Shown one piece after another: positions 11,452-24,148 of a DNA stretch of 64,000 bases (position 1 is its first letter; each line of letters opens with the position of its first letter). Position numbers and translations under genes: made by a program. Source of the stretch: Gordius albopunctatus (lineage: Eukaryota); the NCBI GenBank assembly GCA_964276515.1, contig OZ193909.1, positions 17,918,001 to 17,982,000 on the forward strand. The letters run 5' to 3'. The notes beneath the pieces were generated by a model that did no database searches, was not told where the DNA came from, and was given only the letters and a program-made list of their open reading frames with translations.

Positions 11452-14400
11452 TTTTTTTGTTAAAAAGTTTATTTTCAAGAAACAAAGTTACATTAATAAG
11501 CTAAATACAAAAATAAAGACATATTGGTTAAATACAAAGATCTATATCATTCTCTTCTAAAATGGGCCATGAGTCGGCAAAGGATTTAAATTTGTATCGT
11601 GCAACAAGGATCCCTAGTTGTTGCCTGAGTAAAAAGGACGCAGAAATTTTAGATTTCGGGGTGCGTTTTCCGATTTCTTTAAAAAACCCCATTGTCTGTT
11701 TGCCAAAGGAACCGGAGCACGTGGCAACGACAGGGATAAAAATATTGGATGCCAAAAGGGCAGAATACTTTGTAGTTTTACGCCCTTCTTCTGTAGCGAT
11801 AGGGTCGTAATTAAAATGGGAAGGGGCAAAAGATCAATACAAGTAAAATCCCATTTGAGGGATAGGCCATTTTGCCAGGGGACTAGAGAAGAGCCGTCAG
11901 GGCGCATCCTACCTTCAAGAGAGGGATCTGACGGCTCAAGGATTGAGGGATTTTGGCCTTTTTAAGGGCAGCTTGAATTAATAGATTAGCTTTAGTGCGC
12001 CTAACGTATTTATATTTGTTTGCTAGGCAGTGTAGAGGGTGCCTAGCATATTCGTCTACAACGGTAAGTCAGTTTTGACAGTTGAATTCTCTGCTGTAAC
12101 TAATCCCCAACCTTAAAGCTATGGAATATGATAGCTCAAAGTCTTCAAGCAGCATTCCCAAAAGTTTGCTGGGATAGGCTTCAAGCCACTCGTGACCGGA
12201 ACCGTCAAAAGCGAGGGACCTAAGGTTGTAATGCTGGCTATCATCGCTGCTCGATAAGAGGTAATCAACGAAGCGCGATACTAGTCCAGAATCCCAATCC
12301 TTTTGTCCCGTACTTTGAGGTTGGATGGTCTCGGGTGTGACATTCAAATTCCAAAGCTCCAAGGCTTGAGTTAGCAGGGGGTCAGAATCATGTTTTATGA
12401 GATTAAAAATTAAGTTTTGGACCAACTTAAAAGAGGAAATAAAAGCGGCTAGCGATATGCTGCCGGGAGGGCGAATTCCTAATCCTCCAGATTTGGTTGG
12501 GAGGGATGCTTGAATCCAATTGTTAGTATTAAATTTTAAATTTAAAATTTTTTCTAATAACGTTTTTAAAAAGCCTTCGTACGACTTTAAAACGTCTGGG
12601 TGTAAAAATGCGCCAGATGAGCGAAAACAATGATTAATCTTTGAGATGTTAAAATAGTTTTTGATTATGTAAAATGAGTGATGCGCTGGCAAGCATTTTA
12701 AAAGTTCCGTTTTAGATTTTAAAATTTCAAGGTTCTTATCAAGAAAATTTAAGAGAGATTTTTCACCGCCAATGGGTGATCCCAAAAGGGATATGTTTTC
12801 CTTCCCTAAAACTAAAAAAGGTTTAAAAATTGGAAAGGCAATAGTGTTGGGGGCCTGAAAGATTTCACATTTTTTCGAGTTTAATGTAAGATTCAGAGTG
12901 GGTTTAAAATTGTTGATAATTTGTATAGCTTTACTGATCTCCTCCGGGCGGCCACATAGGGTGGCGTCGTCGAGATACTAAACATTTAAATCTAGGGTAC
13001 ACTGAGATGATATAGCCTCGACTAAATTATGAATGGTTAAACAAAACAAAGGAGGGCCTAATGGGTCTCCTTGTTGGATGCCTTCGGACGAGTCAATGAT
13101 GTATTCGCCGAATCGAAGCTTGGTTGTAGAACCATAGCTTAATAAAATGTAATTTAGGAATTGTGGTAATTCAGTTAAAAAAGTGTTAATAAGGGTTTCT
13201 CTTCGAATGCAGTTAAAAGCATTGGCAAAATTTAATTTAACAAAGCAGGACTCGGTGGGAATATTTTGGAGTGTGATCCGGCCAGCATGGCTGGCTGCCT
13301 CACATCCGCCTTTAATTCCGAAGCCGAGTTGATGAGGGCGGAGCTTGGCGGATAAGGAGGGTTTTATGAGTTTGCAGAGGGTTTTTGATATAATACGGCT
13401 AAAAAGACTTCCAATGGCGATGGGTCTAACTGAATTATCCGGTTTTTTGGTGGCGATAAGTTTTGCACCGAATAAAATAGGGATGATTTCATGAGAAAAT
13501 TTTCCGTTAACAATGATATTACAAAAGTAAGTAATAGAATTTAAAAGAGGTTCAGTATTTAAATTATTCAGGTTGAGTAAATCTTGTAGATATACTGGGC
13601 GCCATCCGTCGAGTCCGGCTGCGGAGTCCAAAGGAAAGGAGTTAAGGGCTTCACGGATGTCTGAAGACTCGAGCACTATTGATGATGGAGATGTGGGGTA
13701 TTTACTGGCTGAGGATGCTGGTGGGTGTTTTTGATTAAGCTCCCTATAAGAGTCAGGGCAACAAGGGGCAATTGAGTTGTTATCATAAAAAGCTCTAAGG
13801 GCACTTTTTGGGTTGAAATTATGGATTTTATTTGAAATGTGCTTGGCTGTTTGGTTAATTGTGGGTTCCAGTGGAAAGGGTTTTGTTTTACTTGTGCATG
13901 TAATGGGAATATCAGTATTTAAACACAGAAGGGATTCCTTGATGAGGCTTGATAAGTTATGTTCATTAGGTTCCCTAACATAAAGGATATAATATGGGAA
14001 TTTAAAAAGTTTGTCCTAATTGGTTAAGTTATAATGTTTTTGATAATGGAAGTGAATATATTTAGCAGAGATTGTTGGATGGAAGGTCTGGCTCCTCTTG
14101 GGATTCTAGAGATAGTGTTAGGAAATTGGTTTGTTAAAAAAGAATTGCTCCAGGATGAGTCAGGCGGTTGATTAATTGATGGGGATCATTGTAAGGATGG
14201 GGGGATGACGGGGCTAGGAATTGGCAATAGGGGAGCCTCTTCAAAGTTAGAAGCTAGGGGTGGAATTGGTAAGCAGGGTGGAGGTAATTTGCCCGAAGAA
14301 GGGCATCTTGAAGACACTGGGCCATGAATCCAGAAACAATTATGTTTATCTAGGCATATTCGTCGCTTACAAGTTGGGCATAGGGGTTTAGAGATTAACA

Positions 14401-14568
14401 TATGTGGAATAAAAAAAACCTTGATGAGGTTGGACAATTAAAATTAAAGTTGGGATTATTTTAAATTTTAAAGCTGTTTGATTTATAAGAATTTTGTAAG
14501 TTTCACAATACAAAAGAGTATCTGGGAAAAGTGTTATTAATTGTATGATATTGGAGAAAAAAAGGCTC
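11452..14568 (-). mobile_element. CRE-clade-like non-LTR retrotransposon (N-terminal Zn finger, RT, CCHC + restriction-like endonuclease), near full length, inactivated
   Basis: ORF pieces: CPTC...HGP...C; RPIAIG, QLG, QQGDPLGP, stop immediately before YLDD; GGLGIR; RPDG...WD. Poly(A) remnant at 11452-11458. TSD AAAGGATT (11444-11451, 14569-14576). Stops and frameshifts present. Confidence 0.88.
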
Positions 14569-16028
14569 AAAGGATTCAACAAAGGTCATATTACAACTTG
14601 TAAGGTATACATTGCTTACCTTTTGTGATATGAAAACATTATAAAGTGTTTGTAAACATGGAGTTTCTTCTGATAATAGTTAAGTTGATTAATGCTTCCA
14701 CATGATATATGATTGTTGCTGCTGATGGTAATTGAATAAATCCTTTTTATTTTACTTTGGAAGTAAAATCAATACTGATGATTTGATCCATCACTTTCTC
14801 TTTTTAATTTGATATGATATGGTTGTTATACGCTAATGCTTGCAACTTATCTCTGAAATTAACGAAGGAAAAGATAGTAGTTTAACCTTTAATGGTTATA
14901 AAATTTTATAACTCTCAAATTTATAATTAGAGATGAGAATACTAAAGCAATTAATGTTAACAATTTACTTGTATACAATGTAAGAATTAATGAGATATCG
15001 AGTAAGTCGAAAAATATTAAAATAGGCCTGTTAGGTTGGGCTTGATAGACTAGAGGGAAACCCTCTTAGAAACATTTTTCTGAAATATTTTATTGAAATT
15101 AATTAATTTCGTAGATCTAGTATCATTTTTCTAAACTATCATAATCATTAAGAAAACCCTAAAAAATTTACTCATCAATTATAAATTATATAGCAACTTA
15201 TGTTCAAAAAATTAAAAAAACAAGGATATTTCTGAATAATTAAAAGCCGATGTATTCTAAAGCGATAATAAAAGAATATTAATATAAATGTCGAAATATT
15301 ATTATACTTAAAAAATGTATGGTGTGATTGATTATATTGTTGCAAAATAACTTGAATCCCTAACTATTTATATGAGTTTTTTATTCCTTATTTTGTTGTA
15401 TATTTAATGATAATTTGTTTAAAATTCCAATTCAAAAAACATCGGGCAGGCTAAGGCTTGGGTTAGGTTTATAATCAATTTGTAATCGAGATCGGGCACA
15501 AAACCATCAAGTTTTGATGGAGCGATAGACAAACCTAAACCCGTCGCAAGCATTAAATGTTGTCGAGTCTAAAAGATAAAGCAGTTGACAAACAGTATTA
15601 TAAAGCAATGCACGTTATTTTTGAAATTAATTTGTAAATCTCCTCTTTTAAATAATTAGAAGCAAATAATAATAGAAGTTACAAGGCAACATTATAAAAC
15701 TTTATTCTTTCTCGCTTGAAATAAAGCGTACAACAAAAACTTTTAATTGGACGGTGTATCTAATCCATACGTGCCATCTGAAAGTTGAGTAGAATAGAAA
15801 ATGAGTACAAACATTAAATATTGAGAATTAAAGCCTCTTACATTTAAATTTATAATAAATCATAGGACATATTTGTTTAAATTTTTATCCCCGATTCTCG
15901 GGTCCAATCTATAACTAAATTACCCTCCCGGGTACAACCGAGCAGTTCTTAGAGTCCGCTTCGCCATACCCAAAGCAAAAGAGTTCCGAACTGACCGACT
16001 CAAAATAATTTTAGCAGTAATTTTGTTA

Positions 16029-19000
16029 TCTTCTTCTTCTTTATCGTGTTGAAAATGTACGTTTTCAGCAGCCTCTTCCATCTGAGTCGTGTGAATGACA
16101 TACCAATTTCCATCTGTTTGACGTCCATATCCTTTTCGACCAGTCGTTTCCAGGTGGCACGTGGTCTGCCCCTTCCTCTTCTTCCAGGCACGTCCATCTC
16201 CAGCGTTCTGTGTGTGACATCGTCTTCGTCTCTTCGTAATACATGGCCGTACCACCGCAGTCGATTTTCTCTTAAGAAGTCCTTCGTCGCTTGTATACCC
16301 ATCTTTGTCATCAAGGATTCGTTCTTCATGCGATCCAGCTTGGTGTAGCCTAAGCTCCATCGCACCATTCTCATTTCCGTGACTTGCAAGAGTTTCTCCT
16401 CCGCGGTGGTTACAGCCCATGTTTCGCTCCCGTAAAGCAAGACCGGTCGCACGATGGTTTTGTACGCCTTGCTTTTCAACCAAATTGGTATCTTTTTGTC
16501 ACACATGACACCGGAGATGCTGCGCCACTTGAGCCATGCTTTCTTGATCCGAGAATGGACTTCGGCAGTACATTCTTCCTCTTGATGTAATAGCGAGCCA
16601 AGATATGTGAACTTATCAACCTCCGTGTACCTTGGACCGTCATTTTTGTGCATTTGCGGACTACCGCCCATCGTTTACATTTAAACCGTTTTCTTCTCGC
16701 TGACCTTTAACCCGAATTCCGAAAAACGTTCTGACCATTTTTTCGCCTGATGAAAACCCCTTCTCTTGTTTCATCGCATAGGACAATATCGTCGGCATAT
16801 AGCATAATCCAAGGGGCTGGCTTGTGCAAGTCCTTTGTTATTGTATCCATAATTAGATTAAACAAGAATGGGCTTAACGCTGATCCTTGATGTAGTCCGA
16901 TCATTATTCGGAAGGGTTTCGTTACTCCTACGGTAGTCCTAACAGATGCAACCGCGCCATTATACATTTCCTTGATAAGTCGAACATATCCTTCGGGTAT
17001 ATTTCTGGCTCTAAGGGACCACCATATTAAGTCTCTCGGAACCGTATTGTAGGCCTTTTCTAAATCGATGAAGACCATGTGTAATTTCTTTCTTATGTCG
17101 CCATATTTTTCCATCGTCTGCTTCAACGCAAAGATTGGGTCCATCGTTGATTTACCGGCCACAAATCCAAACTGATTGGGCGAGAGACAAACTTCGTCAT
17201 TGAGCCTTTTCACTAGCACCCTTTCTAGTAATTTTAGTGAGTGGCAGGTCAACTTGATACCTCTAAAGTTGCCACATTCCTGCGCGTCTCCTTTACCTTT
17301 GTATATGGGTATGATCGTACTTTCCCTCCATTGGTCAGGGATACGACTCTCATACAGCATAGCGTTAAATAGGCCTGTCATTATGTCGATTCCTTCTCCT
17401 TTGCACCCAAGCCAAGCTTCTATTGGTAGATCATCGGGACCTAGCGCTTTCCCTTTCCGCATCTTCGTGAGTTGCGCTCCTATTTCATAAGCCTGCAATG
17501 GTAAAACCAAGTTCGAGTTCGGTTCCACCCTCTCTAGCGGTCTTCTATCATTCATTTTGTTCATCATATTTTGGAAATAATCTTTCCATCTTTTGATGAC
17601 TTCCTTCGGTTTGCACAACGTTCGTCCCTCTTCGCTTTTAATGACTTTAAGTGTCCCGACATCTCGAATTTTTTTTTCTGCCTGATCTTTGCGAGTTTAT
17701 ACATCACTATGTCGCCGCCCTTGGTATCGAGCTTGTTTGCCATCTCGGTGTAAGCCTCGTTCTTCGCTATCGCGACCGCTATCTTAGCTTTGCGTTTCGC
17801 TTCACGATAGGCCTCGTAGTCTTCTCCTTTCTTCGTTTTGTACCATCGTAGGTACAACGCCTTCTTTTCTTCTATAACCTCTTTGACCGAGTCATACCAC
17901 CACCATAGTTCACGCTTGTGAGCTCTGCCGCCCTTAGTTCGTCCCAATATTTGAAAGGCCGTTACCTTTAGAAAATTTGCAATGGTGCCCCACCTTTTGT
18001 TAATGTCGCCCTCCAAGCCTGCAACCTTCAAGAGCGGAGTTGCTCGAGCGTGAAACATTTCATTTGCATGATCATCCTTAAGCTTTTCGTACTTTGTCCT
18101 TGGTGTGTAGACTTTTCTCCTTACGGGAAAAATCTTTCTTGCTATATCGAGGACAACTGGCTGATGTTGTTTGGCGATTTCTTCCCCCGTTATAACCTTG
18201 CAATCTTTAACTTGCCACAAATTTTTGCGCTTCACTAATATGTAGTCGACCTGTGTAAGGTGATCCCCACTACTGTACGTCGTTAAATATTCGGTACGCT
18301 TCTGAAAGAAGGTATTCACAATGGACATATCGTAAGCTTGCGCCATCTGTAGTAACTTCTCTCCCTCTTTATTTTTCACTCCATAGCCATGCCCGCCGTG
18401 ATTTCGTTCGTACACGCCCCTTTCTTTCCCAACGTGCCCATTAAAGTCTGCTGCGATGATGAGATTCTCGTCAGGCTTCACGTAGCCTATTTCTTTTTCA
18501 AGCTTCTCATAGAATTCGTCCTTCTTATTTTCGGAACATCCAACCTGGGGAATACGCACAACATTGACAAGGCCGCCTTGATCCGCCAGCTTTATGCACA
18601 TCAATCTATCTGAGGATTGTTTGACTTCGACTACCTTGTCCTTAAAGGAATCGCTAAGCACTATACCGACTCCGTTCTTCCGTGATGGGGAACCCGAGTA
18701 GTATAGCTTAAAACCATCTCCTAGCTCCCTGGCTTTTGTTCCATGCCACCGTGTTTCTTGTAGACACGCTATGTGTATCCTTCGTCTTTTTAGCATCTGC
18801 GCAACCTCGATGCTCTTCCCCGTCAGCGTGCCAACATTCCAGCTAGCCACTCTTGTCCGTTCGACAACTAGGTTCCTTAACCGCCTTCGTTGTGAGTGAG
18901 GCGGTGACCCTTGTATACTTTTCACATTGCACGGGTGGATGATGCAATGCGCGTCGTTTGGGGAGGACGCCCTAGCATTCTGGTATAAGTTCGTATTTGA

Positions 19001-19101
19001 AGCTGCCATGGTGTTTGGAGTTGCTTTTTACAGCCGGCTTCCGACCTGACGCCAACCCTCCACTTTTTTCACACGGACTTGGGACCGTCGTTGGTAGTGT
19101 T
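16029..19101 (-). mobile_element. RTE-clade LINE (AP endonuclease + RT), 5'-complete but frameshifted
   Basis: ORFs 17564-19009 (SWNVG, LQET, DFNGH, QH), 16707-17618 (QFGF, DLEKAY, HQGSALSP, YADD) and 16000-16671 (RLRWYGHV, RGRGRP). (GAA)n 3' tail at 16029-16040. Confidence 0.95.
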
Positions 19102-19102
19102 A
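19050..19102 (-). ncRNA. Twister self-cleaving ribozyme (type P1), 3' cleavage-product portion, at the RTE 5' end
   Basis: Minus strand reads UAACACUACCAACGACGGUCCCAAGUCCGUGUGAAAAAAGUGGAGGGUUGGCG. It contains L1 UAA, P2 CACU/AGUG, P4 ACGG/CCGU around loop UCCCAAGU, pseudoknots CC:GG and AC:GU, and the conserved GAGGG. This matches the canonical twister layout. Confidence 0.88.
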
Positions 19103-21075
19103 AAAACAAAATAAAACACTGTATAAAAAATTTTAATAAGTCCGATTTGCCCGAATCTCCTTATGATGCCACCGGGCCAATCCGAAAATCAATTTACGAC
19201 AGTTGCCTCTCTCTGGTCTTTTATTAAAAATGTTATAAAAAAAATTGTTGGCCGTTTTCCCCCCATGAGAAAATCCTGGCTACAATATGTACTTTTTGTT
19301 TTATGTTTAATATGTGACTTCTTTGTAAAAATCAACTTTTTAACATAAAAAATTATTCAAATCAAATTAATAAAGGGCATAAATTGTATTTGATTCCAAC
19401 GCCAACCCTTTCTATTGATCTTTTTCAGCTCAATTTCTTAAATAAGTTTGAATCTCCTGTGTATGATGGAAACATTTTCCTCATTGATGCATTTGATGGT
19501 TATGTTATGGGGAGGGGAAAAAATGTGGCTATATTAAACAATAGCTTTAGTATTTACAAGCTGTTAGAGTTTTGAGACCATTTTTGGGACGACAGGTCCT
19601 CTTGAGTTTGAGACAAAGCAATACTATAAATCGAATTCTGCTAAAGTGCCACACTAAATTAATTCGGTCAACAAACTTTTCCCTCGTTTCTGGTCTAATA
19701 TTGACGGATATTGCAAAAACAAGATTTGAAAATAAGCTAAACTTATTTATCGAAAACCCCTTCGTTTAGTTTGTAATGAAGGAATTTAAATTTAGAATAA
19801 ATCTCAATGGATTCAGTTAAGATAAAACTTCAAAAATTTTGTCTTTTGCTTAATCGAGGTTTTTACATCAAAAATATATAAATTAGCCTTAGCTAATACA
19901 ACACTGTTTTTATAGATTTCATCTGAGTTGCAATGTTACCTGTTTATTTGCCTGTTAAATGTCAAGATTCTTTTTTGCAATTGTTTGCATAGTAAAAATG
20001 TATAGAGCAAAAAATTATTAAAAAATCAAAGGAAAATAAAATATTAATGGTCAAACAAAACTACCCCTACAATTTATTAAACGGATAATCACTAGGTGAG
20101 ATGGCCCGGTAATTTTGAGGAGAAAATAGTCAATCAAGTTATTTGTGACAAGGGAATTCGGTAAAAGGAAAATAATGGATTCAAAACTTTTATACGAAAT
20201 TTAATTCACAAAGGATATAAAAAAAATTTTAAGGCATTTATAAGTGTCTTAGTCTCTTACGCAACTGTTCATTTACTAATATTTATTAATCAAAAGATTT
20301 TTTTTAAATCTTGTTAGGGGGGATTACCAGATTGCCCCTTCGCCCCCCCCCTTGGTTAGACCAGTGCAAAGAAACCATAAATCTATAGGTGTTTTTGTTT
20401 TTTTAACAAGGTCTGTCGAATTTGAATGATGAATGAGAACAACTAATTTCTCTGTGCCTTACAGGTTAATTATTTAATTAATAAATTTGTCATCTTTGTT
20501 AACATACATTTAGAGATCTCGCCCAAATACATTAGACTTGCCCCTTCCTGATGAAATGACACCTATTATGCTTTTATAAATTTATATTAAAGAATTGCAA
20601 TTAGGTTGCCCTTTTCTAAATAAAATTAAGTTATGCCAAGTCATTGATATTTATTAATGGTTATTGGTTACACTCAAACCCAGTCTAGTTCTAGCTGGTA
20701 AAGCTTAAAATCCTGCAAAAATGGATTTTCATCGATCCAAGTCCGATAACTTTTTTAATTTGTGGTCCGACATTTTTTCAACGGGATAATTAACTTTTTA
20801 CATAATTATTTAATCATATGCTATGCATGTTATTTAATTTTGTAGTTGGGTTTATTAAAATTTGTTCAAATGTTGGTTCGGATTGGGAACTCAAGCTGAC
20901 GAGTTGGCCTAAAAGGATCAATTCTGATTATATTATTAGTTTTTGAGGCCTGGTAGGGTCGGCCCCAGTAAAGTTGCACCAAAAAGTTGCTTTCATGTCG
21001 TTTCCAACTTCCTTTTTTTGGGTTACACATATAGGCACCTTTCAATTATTTCCGGTATAGCCCAATAGTATAAAG

Positions 21076-21260
21076 TAGTGTTGTAAAAAGATTTGGGTTT
21101 TTTATAGCCGACTAAACATAAAGAGACAAGAGCTTTTTTGTTGTCTGTTTTTCTGAGTCGACGTCTAGGCTAGGTCGAAATTTGAAAAAGAGACCAGAAT
21201 CGAGCGGTAGTCTTAGTTAAACCAAAGGTTGACCAAAACCCACGTCTTTTTACAACACTA
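21076..21260. mobile_element. hAT-type MITE, 185 bp
   Basis: 16-bp TIR TAGTGTTGTAAAAAGA/TCTTTTTACAACACTA. TSD GTATAAAG/GTATCAAG (1 mismatch). Partial relatives at ~22504-22615 (SPR intron) and ~34390-34470. Confidence 0.85.
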
Positions 21261-22070
21261 GTATCAAGTAAGTTAGTTTGTCTTGTAAACTTGCAAGATA
21301 TTTGGTGTTTCTACAAAAAGTAATACCCGTCCACCCTGACCACCCGTAGAACTACTTTCAAAACCAAGCTATGTTCAAAATAAACCTATGTTGCATCAAA
21401 ACATATTTATCACGCCCATAATATATTAATAATTTTATTCCATAAAATTACATATAAGGGCACATAAATACGTCGATTCCGAAAATAAATTTCGTCTTGG
21501 TAATATATAAGGCTACTAGTTTCGGCATATAAAAATATAATATTCAATCAATAAATAATAAGCATCAAAGATTAGAAATTAACATCGCATCGCGTCGTTA
21601 AAAGAAAATACATAATTTCTCAAAAAAAATATTAATAATAATACGAAAAATAAATAAAGAATGGGTCATTTCGAAGCGTAATTGTCCTGATTAGGAAAAA
21701 TGAATTTAATACAATTATTGAGAACTGGGAGACATGGAATGGCAAATAGGTCGTATCTTAGATAAAAAAATTGAAGGCAACAAGGTTATATTATGTATGA
21801 TGCGTCCCATATCGTTGTGGGTTTGATAAAGGTGATGCGGCTATTTAACGATCCTCTAATCGGATGCACCCGTGATTTAGTATTAGTCTAAACTTAAGCT
21901 TTGGCAGTAAAAGCTAAATTATGTTCCAACTCCTCTAAAGTTTTCAACCGATTGCTTGTAAAATAAACTAGTTGTAAATTGTCATGAGCTGATCAAGAAA
22001 TTATGCCAAATGAAACGAGGTTAATAAAAAATGAATATTTTGCGATTCGCCATCACAAGGTGGCTTCGTA

Positions 22071-23372
22071 TTATGGGTCGTAATAATCGACGTGATCGCC
22101 CGAAGTGTAAAGTCCGTGAGACAACACTTTCAACAATTTGTGACAAGTGGCGTCGAGGGGTACTAAATTTAGGGTCTCTTTCATGTCGCGAAAATTAGCT
22201 CTAACATCCGGGTCAAAAACTTCTCCAACAACTTGTGTCATCATATCAGTGTCCAAAGGGCCGGGGGCGTAATTCAGAACCGCTATATTGGCATATTTGC
22301 ACCTTTCTAAGGCTAATACCTTAAAATACATTTCTCGAGCCGCTTTGGATGAACAGTATAAAGACATCCCTGCCATGGGTTGTGTTGCTAGTAGGGAACT
22401 TATGTTAACGATAAATAATGTGACGTGAGATTGCTTTTCTGCATTCGTTACTCGTTCATCCTGAAAACCGATAATACATTTAAATGGGAAATTAACTATA
22501 TGGTAGTGTTGTAAAATTGGCTGGGTTTTGTTTGGTAGACCTTTCTGGTCTGTTTTTTAAATTTCGACCAAGCCTAGTGGTCAACTAAGCCAAAAACAGA
22601 CCAAAAAACCCTTATTACTTAACAATTATTTCTCTAAAATACGAGTATAAAGTATTGATATATTTTTTGAATAGGTAGAAGTAAAAAACTTCAAGCATTT
22701 TATTATAACAAGTTGGGATTACTTTTTGTTAGTTAATATATATATAGCTCTTCTTAACTGATATGGGTTTTCACAGTAAAAATTATGTTATTTGTTTAAA
22801 TCAAAATATTTTTGTTATAAAAACTTTTATGTAATTACGTTCAAATCTTGGTTAGGCCATACTGTTTGGGTTATATGCGAGGTAAGTATTATAGGTGCGT
22901 TAACGTTAACAGCCATAAATGTTGAAAGTATGGCTACATCATCATGACCTATTTCATCATAGGTTTTGTTAAAAGCATCAGCTTTCCTGGAAACAGGACC
23001 AACAGTAGCTGCATTGTGAATGAGTAAAATTTGTGAAAATGGAGCTGGACATGGATATCCATCACGAGATTTTAGAATTGGATCTAAAGTTTTCCAAAAA
23101 TCAGTCCATTTCTTATCTATCACACCAAAATCTATAATTAAGGGTATGACATCATGTTTTCCATTCAAATCATTTATCATTGATTTAGTACATTGCAGAG
23201 CATCTTCATCACGTCCAGTTATGACTATGACATTGTGGTTACATGGCTTCAATTCTTTTCCCAATGCCAAAGCTAATTTTTTACCTAATCCCTTTGAAGC
23301 GCCAGTTATTATGGCAATTGTTGTAGCATCATAGTTAAATTTTGGAGTTGTGGCAAATTGTGAAGAAGACAT
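22071..23372 (-). CDS. SPR: Sepiapterin reductase (SDR family), 2 exons (23372-22839, 22460-22071), 307 aa
   Basis: Motifs TGASKGLG, HNAA, NISS, YCSSK, NYAPGPLDTDM and C-terminal SGDHVDYYD. A phase-0 GT-AG intron joins the two ORFs. Confidence 0.9.
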
Positions 23373-23487
23373 TCAAATGAGCTATTAATCAAAAAATACA
23401 ATAATTTGATGACTAAGACATATTTATATAATGTTGAAATAAATAGGCCTAGAAAAACATCTGATAAAATGAGTGAATTCGGCATAT

Positions 23488-23663
23488 GGTGCCCTATCAA
23501 CTAGCCGAAAACAATCTCGCCGAATTAAATGTCCCTCAGTTAAAAAAAAGTTCCCCTAAGTTACAATCGTCCCCCATTCAACCAATCACAAAACGGGGGA
23601 CCCTTTTTTAACCGGGGAACATTAAATTAGGCGAGATTGTTTTCGGCAAGTTGAAGGAACACC
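23488..23663. repeat. ~176-bp imperfect palindrome (MITE-like) upstream of SPR
   Basis: GGTGCCCTATCAACTAGCCGAAAACAATCTCGCC... pairs with ...GGCGAGATTGTTTTCGGCAAGTTGAAGGAACACC over ~65-bp arms. Confidence 0.75.
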
Positions 23664-24148
23664 TCTGGCCTATGTATGATATTAAGGGAAGCGGCAAAAA
23701 AACACCTGGTAAAAAAAATGAATTTATATGTGGGACCTATATTTTAAGATATTTCAGGCAGGAATATAACAGAAAATAAGTTGGTTTAAGTTTATAATTG
23801 ATTTTAAAAATATTTCGTTTTAAAGTAAGTTATATCTTCATAATTTTACTCAACCGAGCCAGAAATACCTTGTAGTGGTGGTTGAGCTTGTGTACTCTCG
23901 TGATCCAAGAAGCTATACCTTTGGTAGCCAAAAACAATTTTTATGTTTGTTACTGGTGGGGTCACCCTATTGGCAAGGTTCTTGGTGAAGGGTCAGACTA
24001 AAATTTCTGGGATTTTTGAGGGAGTACTTAGTGAAATGGAAGTGCTAGATTAAGCCTATCAATACGAGTGGTTTAAAGAAAAGTTTAATTCACCAAAATG
24101 ACTGCATCATAAAGAATAGTAGGAAGTCAAGCACCAAAATCTAACATA

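Noticed and set aside
14440..14568. HDV-like ribozyme at the CRE 5' end
   Set aside because: AT-rich sequence with no nested double pseudoknot visible.
15885..15995. GC-richer island next to the RTE tail as a possible ncRNA
   Set aside because: No recognisable fold or promoter boxes. More likely a remnant of an older repeat.
15920..18613. Overlapping and antisense ORFs over the RTE (and similar ones over the CRE and Gypsy elements)
   Set aside because: Shadow ORFs of GC-richer transposon coding sequence with no motifs.
20895..20930. CTGACGA followed by a hairpin; also an ADELA-like RNase H peptide
   Set aside because: No GAAA after the stem, and the peptide match is too short and interrupted by a stop.
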